From Jimgerdemannia flammicorona (Eukaryota): a stretch of DNA of 34,985 nucleotides. The stretch is taken from assembly GCA_003990765.1 (NCBI GenBank), contig RBNJ01000264.1, forward strand, positions 1 through 34,985. Reading direction: 5' to 3'. Shown here piece after piece: positions 1 through 11,100 of this stretch (its first letter is position 1; each line of letters opens with the position of its first letter). Under the pieces are notes generated by a model that worked only from the letters and a program-made list of their open reading frames with translations, did no database searches and was not told the origin of the DNA. Position numbers and translations under genes: made by a program.

Positions 1-45
1 GATTTGCCGATTTTGGAAATTTCGTCAAATGGAACGTTTTCCTTA

Positions 46-163
46 ATATCTCGGCAACACGTAATCTGATTTTAATGTTCTTGGTATCATTAGAAAGGCC
101 TTATTAAGGGCTTTCAAATGACACCAATATCATCAAATTTGGATGATTATTCATCAAGTTATT
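46..163. repeat. Imperfect inverted repeat / hairpin
   Basis: Core 81-127 is TTGGTATCATTAGAAAG-G-CCTTA-T-TAAGG-G-CTTTCAAATGACACCAA, with 2 mismatches in the 17-bp arms. Weaker arm pairing extends outward. Confidence 0.8.
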
Positions 164-208
164 GATGTAAACATTTAATTGTCTAATTTGGAAATCAAAA
201 CAATGGTT

Positions 209-325
209 GATTCGAATCCGATTCGAATCCGATTCGAATCTGATTCGAATCCATCCGGATGGGATTCGAATCTGATTCGAATCCGATTCGAATCCAATTC
301 GAATCCATCCGAATCCCATCCGGAT
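209..325. repeat. Tandem array of ~11-bp near-palindromic units GATTCGAATC(C/T)
   Basis: Directly visible, about 8 copies with variants. It produces the spurious FESDSN-repeat ORFs on both strands. Confidence 0.9.
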
Positions 326-860
326 TGACTCGTTCGGAGCACTACTCCCACCATACCCCTACAGATACAGCAAACCAATCTGAAGTAAAGGGGGTAATAA
401 TAAGAGAAAGGAAGCTCAGAAGGTTGCCTACCAAACCTTATGATCAGTAAGGTAGCAGAGAAAGGAGCTGATGTTCGTATGATTATTGCACATAGTAAAT
501 AGTTCAGGCAGCGGTTTACAGTTTAGAACGTCATATGCTCACCCAATCACATGATCATCTTCCACTTTTATGCATAACTGGTTATTGATGACGCTGAATT
601 GCCACGTTGACATTGTGACGTTGAATGTAAGCATAAGCCACAATTGATTACCACTTAATTCTGACGTATTCCTCGTTCGCTAAAAGAACACTCGATGGTT
701 CAAACATCATTTCTCCGCAAAAAACAACCATAAAGGGTAACTTGACTCAGGATGCGATTCTCGTTTGGCCGCCCCTTCAGACCTTGATAGGTTTTGGTGG
801 TAATAAGAGGAAGCAAGATCTGCTCGGAGTGACTGTTCTCTGGGGAGAAATCGCTCGTAG

Positions 861-886
861 AAAAAAAAAAAAAAAAAAAAAAAAAA
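861..886 (+). repeat. Poly(A) homopolymer (26 nt)
   Basis: Directly visible, downstream of the DAO stop codon. Confidence 0.95.
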
Positions 887-1011
887 GAGCATGCACTTGT
901 TTCGGACGACATGCAGCCATTACCCCTTGTAAGGATTCCTGACTGTCAGAAAATTTTAGGGACAAGTCTGGGTTCAGATCTCGATATCCCCAGATTTAAA
1001 TGAAATAATAT

Positions 1012-3003
1012 TCACAACTTGCTGTCTTTCTGCTGCAGCGCCCTCTCGATCAACTGCACGGCGGCCTCGCCGGACCCCCAGCTGGATTGAAATCCTGTAC
1101 CAGCACGATGGAGTGTCAGTGAGCACGCTGAATGTTACACTGCGCGTTTCCAGCTTATATACACTAAATGATCACGTACCAAAGCCGCCGTGCCCGTAGT
1201 TATGACATACGAGGATGGTTGTGCCATACGGAGAGACTACATGGATGGTGGCGCGTGGTAAGTTGCATGAAAAGCATTCTCCATATCCGCCTAGTTCACC
1301 AACCCTGCGCCCGCTCCCACGCGCCAAAAATACGGTAGGGGGGAAAGGCCTACGGCGAACTCACCTCTCCACTCCGTCTCCAACCGGACACCCCCTTCCC
1401 TGCATGGCCTGAAGCCGACGCAGTGGCGGAGAACCTCGACACCTTGGAGGTTCTTGAGAAGGTCTGGGCGCGTCGCAATGCAGCGCTGGATGATGTCGGA
1501 TACCGTGGTCTCGTTGACCGTGGCGTCGCTTTACGAATGTGAAGTGCGCGATTGCGATCAAGATCAACGCGCCACGTTGGTTGAATAACGAGAGATGAGG
1601 TTGTGAACTTACAAGCTGTGTTTATCCTGCATGATGGGGATGTCGATCGGCGACAGAAGGAAGGGGTATTAAGATTCAAATCCTTTACACGCGCCTTTCT
1701 CCGTTCAGAAACGACAAGTACAATAATCATAGACGTACATAGGTACCGCCCAGGATCACCTCGCCATTATCACGAGGTATTACGTAGGAGATGGTCCCAC
1801 CGCTCCCTATAGCGCAATAACCAACGTTAAATCCGTCAGATACGTTCCCAGCTTCAAAAAAGAGGCCAACAGATCAATTTCACAAAGGGAGATATACGCC
1901 AATCAGAAACATGGCCTCTCACTCACTCACCCAATCCATTCCCGCCCGAATACCTTTCGAACGTGAAATCGACGTGGGGCGCCTTAATGATGACGATCTG
2001 TCCGCGGGCTGGGAACACACTGCTGTCCTCGACGCCGCCCAGGGTGCGGGCGCTCAGGCCCGTGCAGTTGGCGACAATATCGACACCCGGGAGCATGACG
2101 TCGCCAATGTGCTGGACCAGACGGCGGTCGACCGTGCCGCCCAGGGCAGTGAAGGAGCGGAGGAGGTAGGCGAGGTACTTAGATGAGTTGATGCTGACTT
2201 TGGTGACAAAGATTTCATGTTTAGAAGATTGAGTACAAGAAGGAAACGACTCGCGCGCGACGAAATGACGTGTTAGTGTGCATACTAGTTTGGTAAGTGA
2301 TGCCAAATTCGGTGTTGGCGGGGAGCTCTTGCTTGGAGAGGTGGCGGTACTATGTGACGATGGAATAGGATAGTTGTCAGTAGTGATGTGGAGATTCACG
2401 ATAGTGGCCTTTGTAGGTTCTCCCTCTCTCTTTTATTTATTTATTTATTTTATTTTTACTTTACTTACGCCCGGTGTCAGCACTTTAAACCACGGCTCTT
2501 CAAAAACCTCGGGCACCTTGTCCCAGTAATCGAAAGCATCGATGATCCAGACGCCAGTCTCAGCAGAATTGCTTTGGCCGTCGTTCCAAAGCTTCCTGTA
2601 TGTCACAACATCCAACTCTTTCGGGGGGACGATTCGGATCAGTATATCGGCATGAACGTGAGGAGCAATCACAAGATGTCAGATCGGAAGCGGTTCGGAT
2701 CATATACCCCGCTGTCTGACGTCGTTCTTGTCGGCGTAGCTTCTCCAGTGCGCGCCGGCCCTGCAAATCATCAAAAAGTAATTGCAACGATTTGTAAACC
2801 ATTTGGTCTTGAGCGAAGAGTCGTTTCGTTCACACCCCGGCAAACCAAGAGGCCGACGCGTACCAGGGAGAGGTGTAGTCTTTGTTAAACTCGCCCGGGA
2901 AGTGGCGCGCGACGATCGTGACCTGGAAGCCCCTTTGCTGCAATATCAGAGCGGTGGTCAGGCCAACCACGCCGGCTCCGATGACGATGGCTTGCTTTCC
3001 CAT
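1012..3003 (-). CDS. DAO1: D-amino acid oxidase (FAD-dependent, peroxisomal), 10 exons
   Basis: Exons 3003-2864, 2760-2708, 2617-2469, 2349-2286, 2197-1931, 1806-1739, 1626-1613, 1528-1365, 1236-1180, 1094-1012, all GT-AG and in phase. Protein has MGKQAIVIGAGVVGLTTA (Rossmann GxGxxG), YTSPWAGAHW, NCTGL, PARGQ, YVIPR...LGGT, VGFRPCREGGVR and HNYGHGGFGFQSSWG, and ends ...DSKL* (PTS1). Confidence 0.95.
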
Positions 3004-3421
3004 GGTTGGTATGTACGAAGGAGAGGCTCCTGGCGAAGGGGTTTGTCATCACGTGGTCTGCGTTCCGGTCGCGGTTTCACATACACAAAGCACTACGAAA
3101 ACGGACTAACAACCCCAATTGCCTTGGCAGAAATTGATATTTTTGTTCACATGGTTACTGGCAAATTTGGGCCCACCAACCAAATCATGAAGCGGCGAGC
3201 AGACCCATCAGAATATTGCAAGGGGTTCTGTATATATTGCATTCCCAAAGGAAAGTATATAATTATGTAAATTAATTTGATATGGTGTGACATGCAGGCC
3301 AGAATTAATTGGGGGCTCGGCTCGGCCAAAAACGAGGCGTCTTTTGTCACAACAACGAATTTATGTCATTCGCGTTTTGGCTGCCTTCCTTCACTCTTTT
3401 TACACACGCACAAAGAGCGAC

Positions 3422-4167
3422 ATGGTAAAAAAGCATAAGCTCACCCCCGACGACCTCGAATGCAGTGAGGGCGGTATCCACGGTACGTCCCCGCTACAGT
3501 TGCTTCAGATTTCCCTCCCTTTGTTGAATGCCGTCTGACATTCCTGGACCTGTGCAGATTTCAAGCTCTATCACACGACTCGCGACATTTGCAAAATGAT
3601 CTGGTGTTGCCCCTGCATCCTCATTTTCGAGCTCTGCTGCGACTGTTCCTTGTGCGGTGCGGTACGTATCCTTCGCTTTTCACTGTACTCTTGTATTCAG
3701 CCTCGATCAAAGTAGGATTGTTTCGCAAAGTCCGTCACTCGACTCACCAACCACCTCCCCTTCCTACTCCACAGCGCGATCCAGAGCGAGACGGTTTCGG
3801 CGGGTGGGGTAAGGCGCATGGCAAGCGACCGTGCGTCAAGTGCGCGATGACGTACCAAGAGGCGAAGTCACAGTTGTCGGTGATGACGGACGACGAGAAG
3901 CAGCGGGTGTGGAACGAGACGTACGGCGAGCAGACCGTGTACTTGACCCGCGCCCAGGAACACCAACAGCAGCACTTGGAGGTCGTCGCCTCCCACCACG
4001 ATGCACAGCAGCTCAACGACGCTTACGCACAGACGCACGACGGACATCAGCGAAGGCAATCGGCGTCTGGGCCCACACCTCCATACCCGCGCACACAAAT
4101 GCAACAAGATCCACAGTACTCAAGGTCGCCGCCGGGTCATTTGGCGCCGCCGTCGTATAACCCTTGA
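3422..4167 (+). CDS. Small Cys-rich protein (185 aa, 3 exons), BRI3/LITAF-like architecture with C-terminal PPxY
   Basis: Exons 3422-3482, 3558-3661, 3775-4167, with GTACGT donors, CAG acceptors and matching phases. Protein: MVKKHKLTPDDLECSEGGIHDFKLYHTTRDICKMIWCCPCILIFELCCDCSLCGARDP...KRPCVKC...Q/H/P-rich tail...APPSYNP*. Family call is by pattern resemblance. Confidence 0.7.
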
Positions 4168-4365
4168 GTGGGACGGGGGGGAGGGAAGGGTTGAGGGGCG
4201 ACCTGGCTGTTTAGGTTCGGTTGCGGAGGGAGGATGGGAGGATGGGAGGATGTGGAGCGTTTGTGGGTCATGCATATTTGTCCTACATATTCCTTTTTTT
4301 ATGGTAACCATATTTTCCTCTCTATATTATATACCCTTTATCACATCACAAAATTATACGCACAT

Positions 4366-4469
4366 TTAAGAATGTTAGATGCGAGATTGATTGCCCCTCT
4401 TCTCGGCAATTATACCTCTCGACCTTAAGAATGTTAGATGCGAAAATGATTGCCCCTCTTCTCGGCAAT
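4366..4469 (+). repeat. Direct repeat, two ~45-bp copies with a 59-bp period
   Basis: TTAAGAATGTTAGATGCGA(G/A)A(T/A)TGATTGCCCCTCTTCTCGGCAAT at 4366-4410 and 4425-4469. Confidence 0.9.
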
Positions 4470-4680
4470 ATATGGGAGGATGTGTCATCACTTATTGCTG
4501 CATTTAGAACGGAAATTTCTGCCATGCTTTGGGGGACTTGACACGTGATGGCGTGATGGCATATATACGATTTTCGATGACGTGAGGCACTCCATGTGGG
4601 GATTATGTGTTCCCAGATCAAATTCGTCATCTTCCTGCTTTCTCCGCTCCCCCCCGACCTCCTCCATCACATCCTTGCCC

Positions 4681-5320
4681 ATGAAGCCCGCCGTCATATT
4701 GGTTCTATGCTGTCTGAGTATGCTTACCGCGGGGACACTGTAAGTGTCCTTTCCTTGCTCTTCGTCCCAAGAACACATATGCGCATCAAATCCATCATGC
4801 CACCCCCCTGCGGTACCACAGATACATGTTCTCACTTTATGGGCAGCAATTCGCGGCGAGGCTTCACTATACGCAGACCGAGACGAATTTCGTCGCCATA
4901 GCTGGTACTAACTATCTTTCCACCACGCCATTGTTTGACCCTCGGACCCTGGTTGTTTTCGCGACATGCCGGGTTTTCTCATCCACCGTCATTTCTCATC
5001 CATTCCTCGACATAGGTAACTACGGTATGACCTTCAGCGGCCCTCTGTGCGGCTGGGTTGTCGACGTTTTTGGCCCACGACGGTAAGGATCTAAAACATC
5101 TACGTTGGCAAGTGTAGGATCCACCGTGCGAGCGTACGGGCGCTGATGGCTCCAATCCTTCTTTGATAGAGGGAGCCTCCTTGCCGCCTTTTTCCTGGCA
5201 ACCGGCTACGTAGCAATGGCCCTGACGTACAATGAGATGTTGTTTTCGGATTCGTTTATACTCATGTCTGTCTACTTCGCCTTCGTCGGTACGGGAGGGA
5301 CATTCTCGTAGGGTTTGCTC

Positions 5321-5375
<55 letters not shown>

Positions 5376-6845
5376 TAACCGAGAAACCAACATCACCCTT
5401 CCCACCCTCCCCCCCTTCTCTAGCTACATGTCAACGATCTCGACCCTAGCCAAAACCTTCCGCACGAACCGCGGTGTGGCCCTGGGTGTCCCTATCGCCA
5501 TGTACGGCCTCTCAGCGTTGGTCTGGACGGCAGCTGGCCGGTTTCTCTTCATGGGGTCTGATGGGTTGCTGGACATTCCCGCGCTCCTGCTCTTCCTCGG
5601 CGCCGGCACCTGCGTCATCAACGTTAACTCCGCCGTGTGGTTCGCGGGGGCCGAGAACGCTGGGAAGGCGGCCAAGGATGTGGTTGAGGATAAGGATGCG
5701 AGGGGGCAGAGCGCGACGGAGGTGACACCGCTAGTGGGAGATCAGCAGGAGGAGCGGATGCATATGGGAGAGGAGGTGGTTGACCTGGAAGGGGAGCCCG
5801 ATTTGTCAGGGTTGGCGCTGTTTAAGAATCTTGAGGTTTGGGCGTTTGTAGTTTCGCTTATATTCTTGAGCGGGCCAGGTATGTGATCACGATTGAACCC
5901 AAGCGTTTTCCTTGACCCTCTCATTGCAATACGTCTTTTGAAATAACCACGTCTCGGAGGAGTTTAACATACGACCGGTTTACCCCCTCCATTTCTCCCC
6001 TATTTAGGCTTCATGGTGATCAATTCCGTCGGCGCGATCCTCGCTTCCCTCTACCAGCCCACCACCACCACGCAATCTTCGCTAGCTGCACTCCAAAGCA
6101 CGCACGTGATGATCCTCTCTGCGCTCTCAAGCGCCGGGCGCATCGGCGGCGGCGTGGTGTCCGATTTCCTCAAGCGCCATCACATATCGCGACTATGGAG
6201 TTACATCGCGTTCGGTGTCGTCATGTTCACGGCGCAAACCATCGGCGCGGCGTTTGTCGACAAGATCGAGGGAGTTGTTGCCGTGACGGTGCTGACTGGG
6301 TTGGTGAGTTGGCAGAGAAGAGGTTCAAGTTGGCACGTTGTCGATAGGAGGCGGCTTGTTGGATATGCTTGGTAACGTGAAGTGTTGTGTTCTGATTTCG
6401 AAAGGCCTATGGTGGAATGTTCAGCGTCGCGCCAACCATCACAGCTGGTAAGGAGAATTCGACTCTTTATATTACCTCCACACAACCGTGATTCCACAAC
6501 CCAACCCAACTCCTCCCTTCCTTCACCTCCCCTACCCCAGAATTTTGGGGTGCCCGCCGCTTCGCTTCGAACTGGGGCTGGGTTTCACTTTCTACAGCCT
6601 TGGGTGCCCTGGTCTGCAACCTAATCTTCGGCGCCCTGTACGACACCGAGGCCCAACGCCAGCACAGTGCACAATGCCGGGGGCCGGCCTGCTTCCAGCG
6701 CGCGTTTTTCTTTGCCGCTGTTGCGTGCCTCGCGGGGCTCGTTGTCGCCGTGGCGCTTAGCATTGAGAGGAGGAGGAGAAAGGCGGCTGCTAAGAGGGAG
6801 TGGTTGGATAGGGCGCGGATGGGACGATTGGTGGTGGGGGCGTGA
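4681..6845 (+). CDS. MFS transporter, Mch1/nodulin-like family, 8 exons
   Basis: Spliced translation MKPAVILVLCCLSMLTAGTL|YMFSLYGQQFAARLHYTQTETNFVAIAG|NYGMTFSGPLCGWVVDVFGPR (MFS motif A)...RGVALGVPIAMYGLSA...G|FMVINSVG...SSAGRIGGGVVSD...AYGGMFSVAPTITA|EFWGARRFASNWG...GNLIFG-like CNLIFGALYD...CRGPACF. Introns are canonical GT-AG, stop TGA at 6843-6845. Confidence 0.9.
5322..5375 (+). repeat. (ATT)18 microsatellite within an MFS intron
   Basis: Directly visible, between the donor at ~5308 and the acceptor at ~5423. Confidence 0.95.
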
Positions 6846-8158
6846 GGGATGGGTGTGAGGGTGTGGGTGTATAAATGGCCGTTATCGGTAGGCGGAAGTT
6901 ATGGTTGGTGAAGGAGGAATGAATGAGGAGGGAGGGAGAGCGTTCGGCGCGTCTGTAGTCGCGCCGAGATGGTCGATAAGGTTGGAATCCTCCGGTGACT
7001 TTGTCGGCATAGTTTAACTTTCCAGTCTCGTGTTTATGGCCACTTCGACACTCCAGCGCGATCCATCTTCTCATGCTGGAACGTGCCCAACGGCTGAAGG
7101 GAACTACGTGTGGCGACGCACTGGGTCGTTACAACCCAAACTGTGATCTGTGTTGTCGTCTTGGATTCGGATCATAGCTCTCTGGGTACCCAAACGTCAT
7201 GCCATACGACACGGGATATGGGAACCGGCATAATCATGGTTACGAATGGCGCAAGATCAAAACAGCGCCGGTTTTGTTTGAGATGGATGTGGCGAGATCG
7301 GTTAGCGGTTGTGTCGGGATATGGCGCGTCCTTTGGCGTTCGTGTGGACAACATGGTATTTATTCTGGACTCCATCTTGTCTCTTGTGACCAGGAGCAGG
7401 AGAGAACCCCCTTTGTCTGTCTTACAAATGAGCCCAAAGACAATAATAGATTCTCGTGGGAAAATGGGATCCAGTTATTATTGTATAGAATGTAAATAGG
7501 TTTTATTTCAACTTTCTTTGTTGTTAAAACCGGTTATGGAGATCCTAAACCGCATGTATGGGATCAATGCGACAGGAATTAGTGAGGTGCAGTAGGCAGA
7601 GCGGACGGGATTTTTTTTTTTTTTTAATGTTTCTGAATTTAAAACTAGCTCCACGCAAATCGCACGCCACGGCCACCAGCCCATTATCCGCGCCATTTAC
7701 GTCGACATGCGCGCGCTTCTAGTCCGAGGTCATGCTACTCGACAATATGCCCTGGGCATGCGGCAACGGCTCCCTAAGGGTGGTCCGAGGTCCAACGTCG
7801 ACACACCCATACGTGACCTGGACTGATTTATTTTTATTTGCCGAAGCCCGTCACTCATATATAGCTCCTTGAACGTTCCGCGACCATGAGAGGGAGACCA
7901 GAAATACGTCGTCCTGCCCCACACCAGGAGCCTTCGGATCTACATTACAATCGCTTCATCTCATTGCCGAACCGGGAAAGGTCCAAAAGATGGCAGACCC
8001 CTTTCCCTTCCAGTTTGGCGGCCCCAGGGTTGGCGGAACTCGTCTACTTTGGGGTACAAACTGAGATGACGTGATTCTTTGCAATGTATTTTAATTTATT
8101 TTTTTAAAAAATAATCCGAGCAGTTATCAGATAAATATGTGCGATACTAATCAAAGAA

Positions 8159-11100
8159 TTACGAATTATACATAGCCTCTAGCTCCTCCTCGTGCTCCAA
8201 CCTCGCATCGCCCTGTATTTCCTCGCCCTCCTCGCCCAACTCAATTGCCGAAGCTTCACTCCATGGTTCCTCATGAATGGATTCCAGCAAGGCCAGCTCT
8301 TCCTGCTCGCCGAATAGGTGCTTAAGCAGGGGCCCAATTTCGTCTATTTTCGTGGCGCAATCCTTCATAGCTATGTGGTACGCATACACACGGATGTACC
8401 CTGCCGTGTGCAGAATGTGCTCAGTCGGCCGTAGCGGGTCGATCCGCGCGCTGTCAATCACTTCGTAGAGTTTGTCGAGGAGTTTGTTGCGCTGCAGCGC
8501 GGCGCTTGGGAGTTCGTTGGGGAGTTCCTAGTGGATTTGTGTGAGCAACATGGGTTTAATCGATCAACGAAAATTATGTGAAAGGCGAACTGTCGGTAAG
8601 CAATTTACCATTTTTGACATGAGAGAACTTGAATAGATGTATAGCAGCGTTTGCACGAGGGTATGCATCGTATTCCTCATGTTGAAAGTAGGAGCCATGA
8701 TATTACGCATGACCTCCTTAGAGAACCCCTTGGGACCAATACACAACCGAGCGGTAACCAACCGGTCCGCAATGACCTGTATCAGGGCCACGAGCCTATG
8801 GTATATATCGGCCTGAAACGGCTTTTCCAGTCGCGGCTCAGCAGCCGCGAACTTTATGAGGGACTGGATCCGCACAATTGCCATTTGCAAACGGATCTCT
8901 GTCTTTCTGAGGTGAGCGATGGTCTCTACGGTCTCCAACTCTGCGGCATCGTGGGAGGCGGGGACGTCCGATTCTGTGGAGGTTATCTTGATGATGCTGT
9001 GGTAGGCGCATCCAACACCGGCGAGGAGCTTGGCGATCTGGATGCGGAGCTCGCGGCGGGCGAGGTTTGGGTAGAGAAGAACAGAGAAGACGAACACGAA
9101 TCCCAGGCCGATGCAGAGGACGACGAAGGCTTTGTAGGAGCGCTCGTAGGGGGTGCCGACGAGGTTGGCGATGGGAAGGGAGTTGCGGAGGACGTAGCTT
9201 GGTACAAAGATCTGCGGGGGATGTTGATGTCAGAAACGGTGGTGGATCTGGGTGTATTACTCGTTTAGATTGCAAACTTTGGTATCTCACCGAAGCGAAT
9301 GAGAGTAAGGCAAGAAGCCCAATTTGAAAGAAGCGTGTGTTTAGGAGGATATACATCATCGGGAAGGAGTCTGCGGAACGGAAAGCAAAAATATACACGA
9401 AATTCAATTTAACGTACTCCAACTCTAGTGGCAAAAATGCTAGAATCATATACATACTCACAAATAAGAATCATAAACGCCAGCCCATAACTGGCCCAGA
9501 TCGATTTCAAGAATAAAATGGTTAGATACTATATTCATATCACGCCATGGTAGTAACATAAGCCACACCCGAAATCCCTCATACATACGGATTATATCCC
9601 CAAGCGCCAAAGCAAACCAAGGCCCATACCATGCCGAACGTATTTCCGATCAACTGAAATATGAACGACGAGTAGGTCTGACCAAGTGTAGGGGACATAC
9701 AGACCAATATCTAGTCATGTGTAAAATATTGAAGTGAATTGGGTTAAGTGAAAGCATGATTCATAATCAGGATATAGTTCGTTTCCACACATACAATATC
9801 AGAATGACATAATAACCAGCGAACAATTCAACCTACAGTCGTGATCGTCGATTGCATGTTCCACTGCTGGAAAAACAGCCTCGATGGTCCGTCTAGCAAC
9901 AACAACAGAGTCACCATAGCGATGACCACTGTACACTTGACGCCATAAATGCTCTGTTTGGACTCGAGGAAGCAAAACATGCCTAAAAGCGTCTTCCGAA
10001 CCGCGCGAAATCTGACGGGTTGGGGCTTGGGCTTATCGGCGGTCTCTTGTTCTGGCGTCACAGTGGTGGTGACAGAGGTGGCGACAGAGTTGGCGGTGCG
10101 ACGACGGACAACGACGTCGACTGAGGAGGAGCCGCGCGAGTTGGAGCCTGGGGGATTGACGGGCGACTGATGTGCCTGGGGAGCGGACGATTTCTGGTGG
10201 CTCTTTCTGAATTTCGGGAGGAAGTGGCGGTAGTGCAGGCGCAACTTCGATTTCCGCCGCTCCGAGGGGTCGCCGTTGGTGGGAGAGGCTCCAATAACGG
10301 TGTCGCGTAGCTTGTTGACTTCATCGATAAACTCTCGCACGCCGAACATGAAGAAGTAGCATGCGAAGAGGCTCTCCCACATCCGTTTTTCCTGCTCGCG
10401 GTCTGGTGGGCGCTGCGATGCCGATGGTGGTGATAGCGGCGTTGGGGTTTTGGTGCCGGTGGGCGATTGTTCGGCACTCGGAACCGTAATGTCATCGGAA
10501 ATGTCTATTCCGTTGGCGTCGTTTTCCGAATCCAAAAATTCGGGTTCAAAAAGCTCAAACAGCATGTTGTACTGTTTCTCCTCGAACAGCTTCACGCTGT
10601 TTCGCAAGTTGTGCGTGCACGACCAGATGACTTCTCCAGGGTCCATGGCAGTGTTCCCGTCCTTGTCGTCACTGGGCACGGTTCGGTGAAGAATCTCGGA
10701 GAGATCGACACCTGACTTGGGCACATTATCGAATTGGAACTCGAGCTTCTGAGCCTCGGGGTCCGCAGAGTCGGCTGCGGGCGGGTGTCTCACGACGACA
10801 AACCCAAACTGCTTGTCGAACTTGTTAGCAATGATGGCCATTGCCTTGCGGGCGCCGATCTCGAGCAGCTCGAGCGGCTCCTTGAGCCTTGTGGAGAACA
10901 TGTCGCGGAACCTGGCTGAATTTTGAGCGAATTCGCTGTTGTTCTGGATGTTCAAGTGGACGGACAGGAGGTACTGCTGAAGGATGTGGATGGACCGGAC
11001 GAAGATCGCGTAGTCCTTGAGCGAGAACTCCGAGTAAGTGACCTCCGAGTCAACCTGGTTCAACGCGCGGGTTAACAGGGCCCGTTCGGCGGTCAGCACG

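Larger units (their letters stand above)
1..344. mobile_element. Right end of a putative non-autonomous DNA transposon (hAT/MITE-like), truncated by the window edge
   Basis: Long imperfect palindrome (46-163), then a subterminal array of GATTCGAATCC units (209-325), ending in GAGCACTA at 337-344 (reverse complement TAGTGCTC). The same terminal octamer ends a decayed array of the same type at 23841-23848. Superfamily assignment is inferred from architecture only. Confidence 0.5.

Noticed and set aside
209..325. Possible CRISPR-like array (also 23617-23848)
   Set aside because: Units are contiguous with no unique spacers, the context is eukaryotic, and there are no cas genes.
104..450. ORFs with FESDSN/RIRI repeats on both strands
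   Set aside because: Artefacts of the palindromic 11-bp tandem array.
700..965. Poly-Phe/poly-Lys ORFs and a possible retro-insertion tail at the A26 run
   Set aside because: The ORFs just read through the homopolymer. No TSD or element body was recognised.
3589..3774. N-terminal part of the supplied 192-aa ORF
   Set aside because: Better explained as out-of-frame exon 2 plus intron 2 of the spliced gene starting at 3422.
7073..7499. Overlapping ORFs of 98-129 aa between the MFS and FUSC genes
   Set aside because: No recognisable motif or convincing splice structure. A small gene cannot be excluded but is unsupported.
8651..10919. Several long plus-strand ORFs
   Set aside because: Antisense shadows of the GC-rich FUSC exons.
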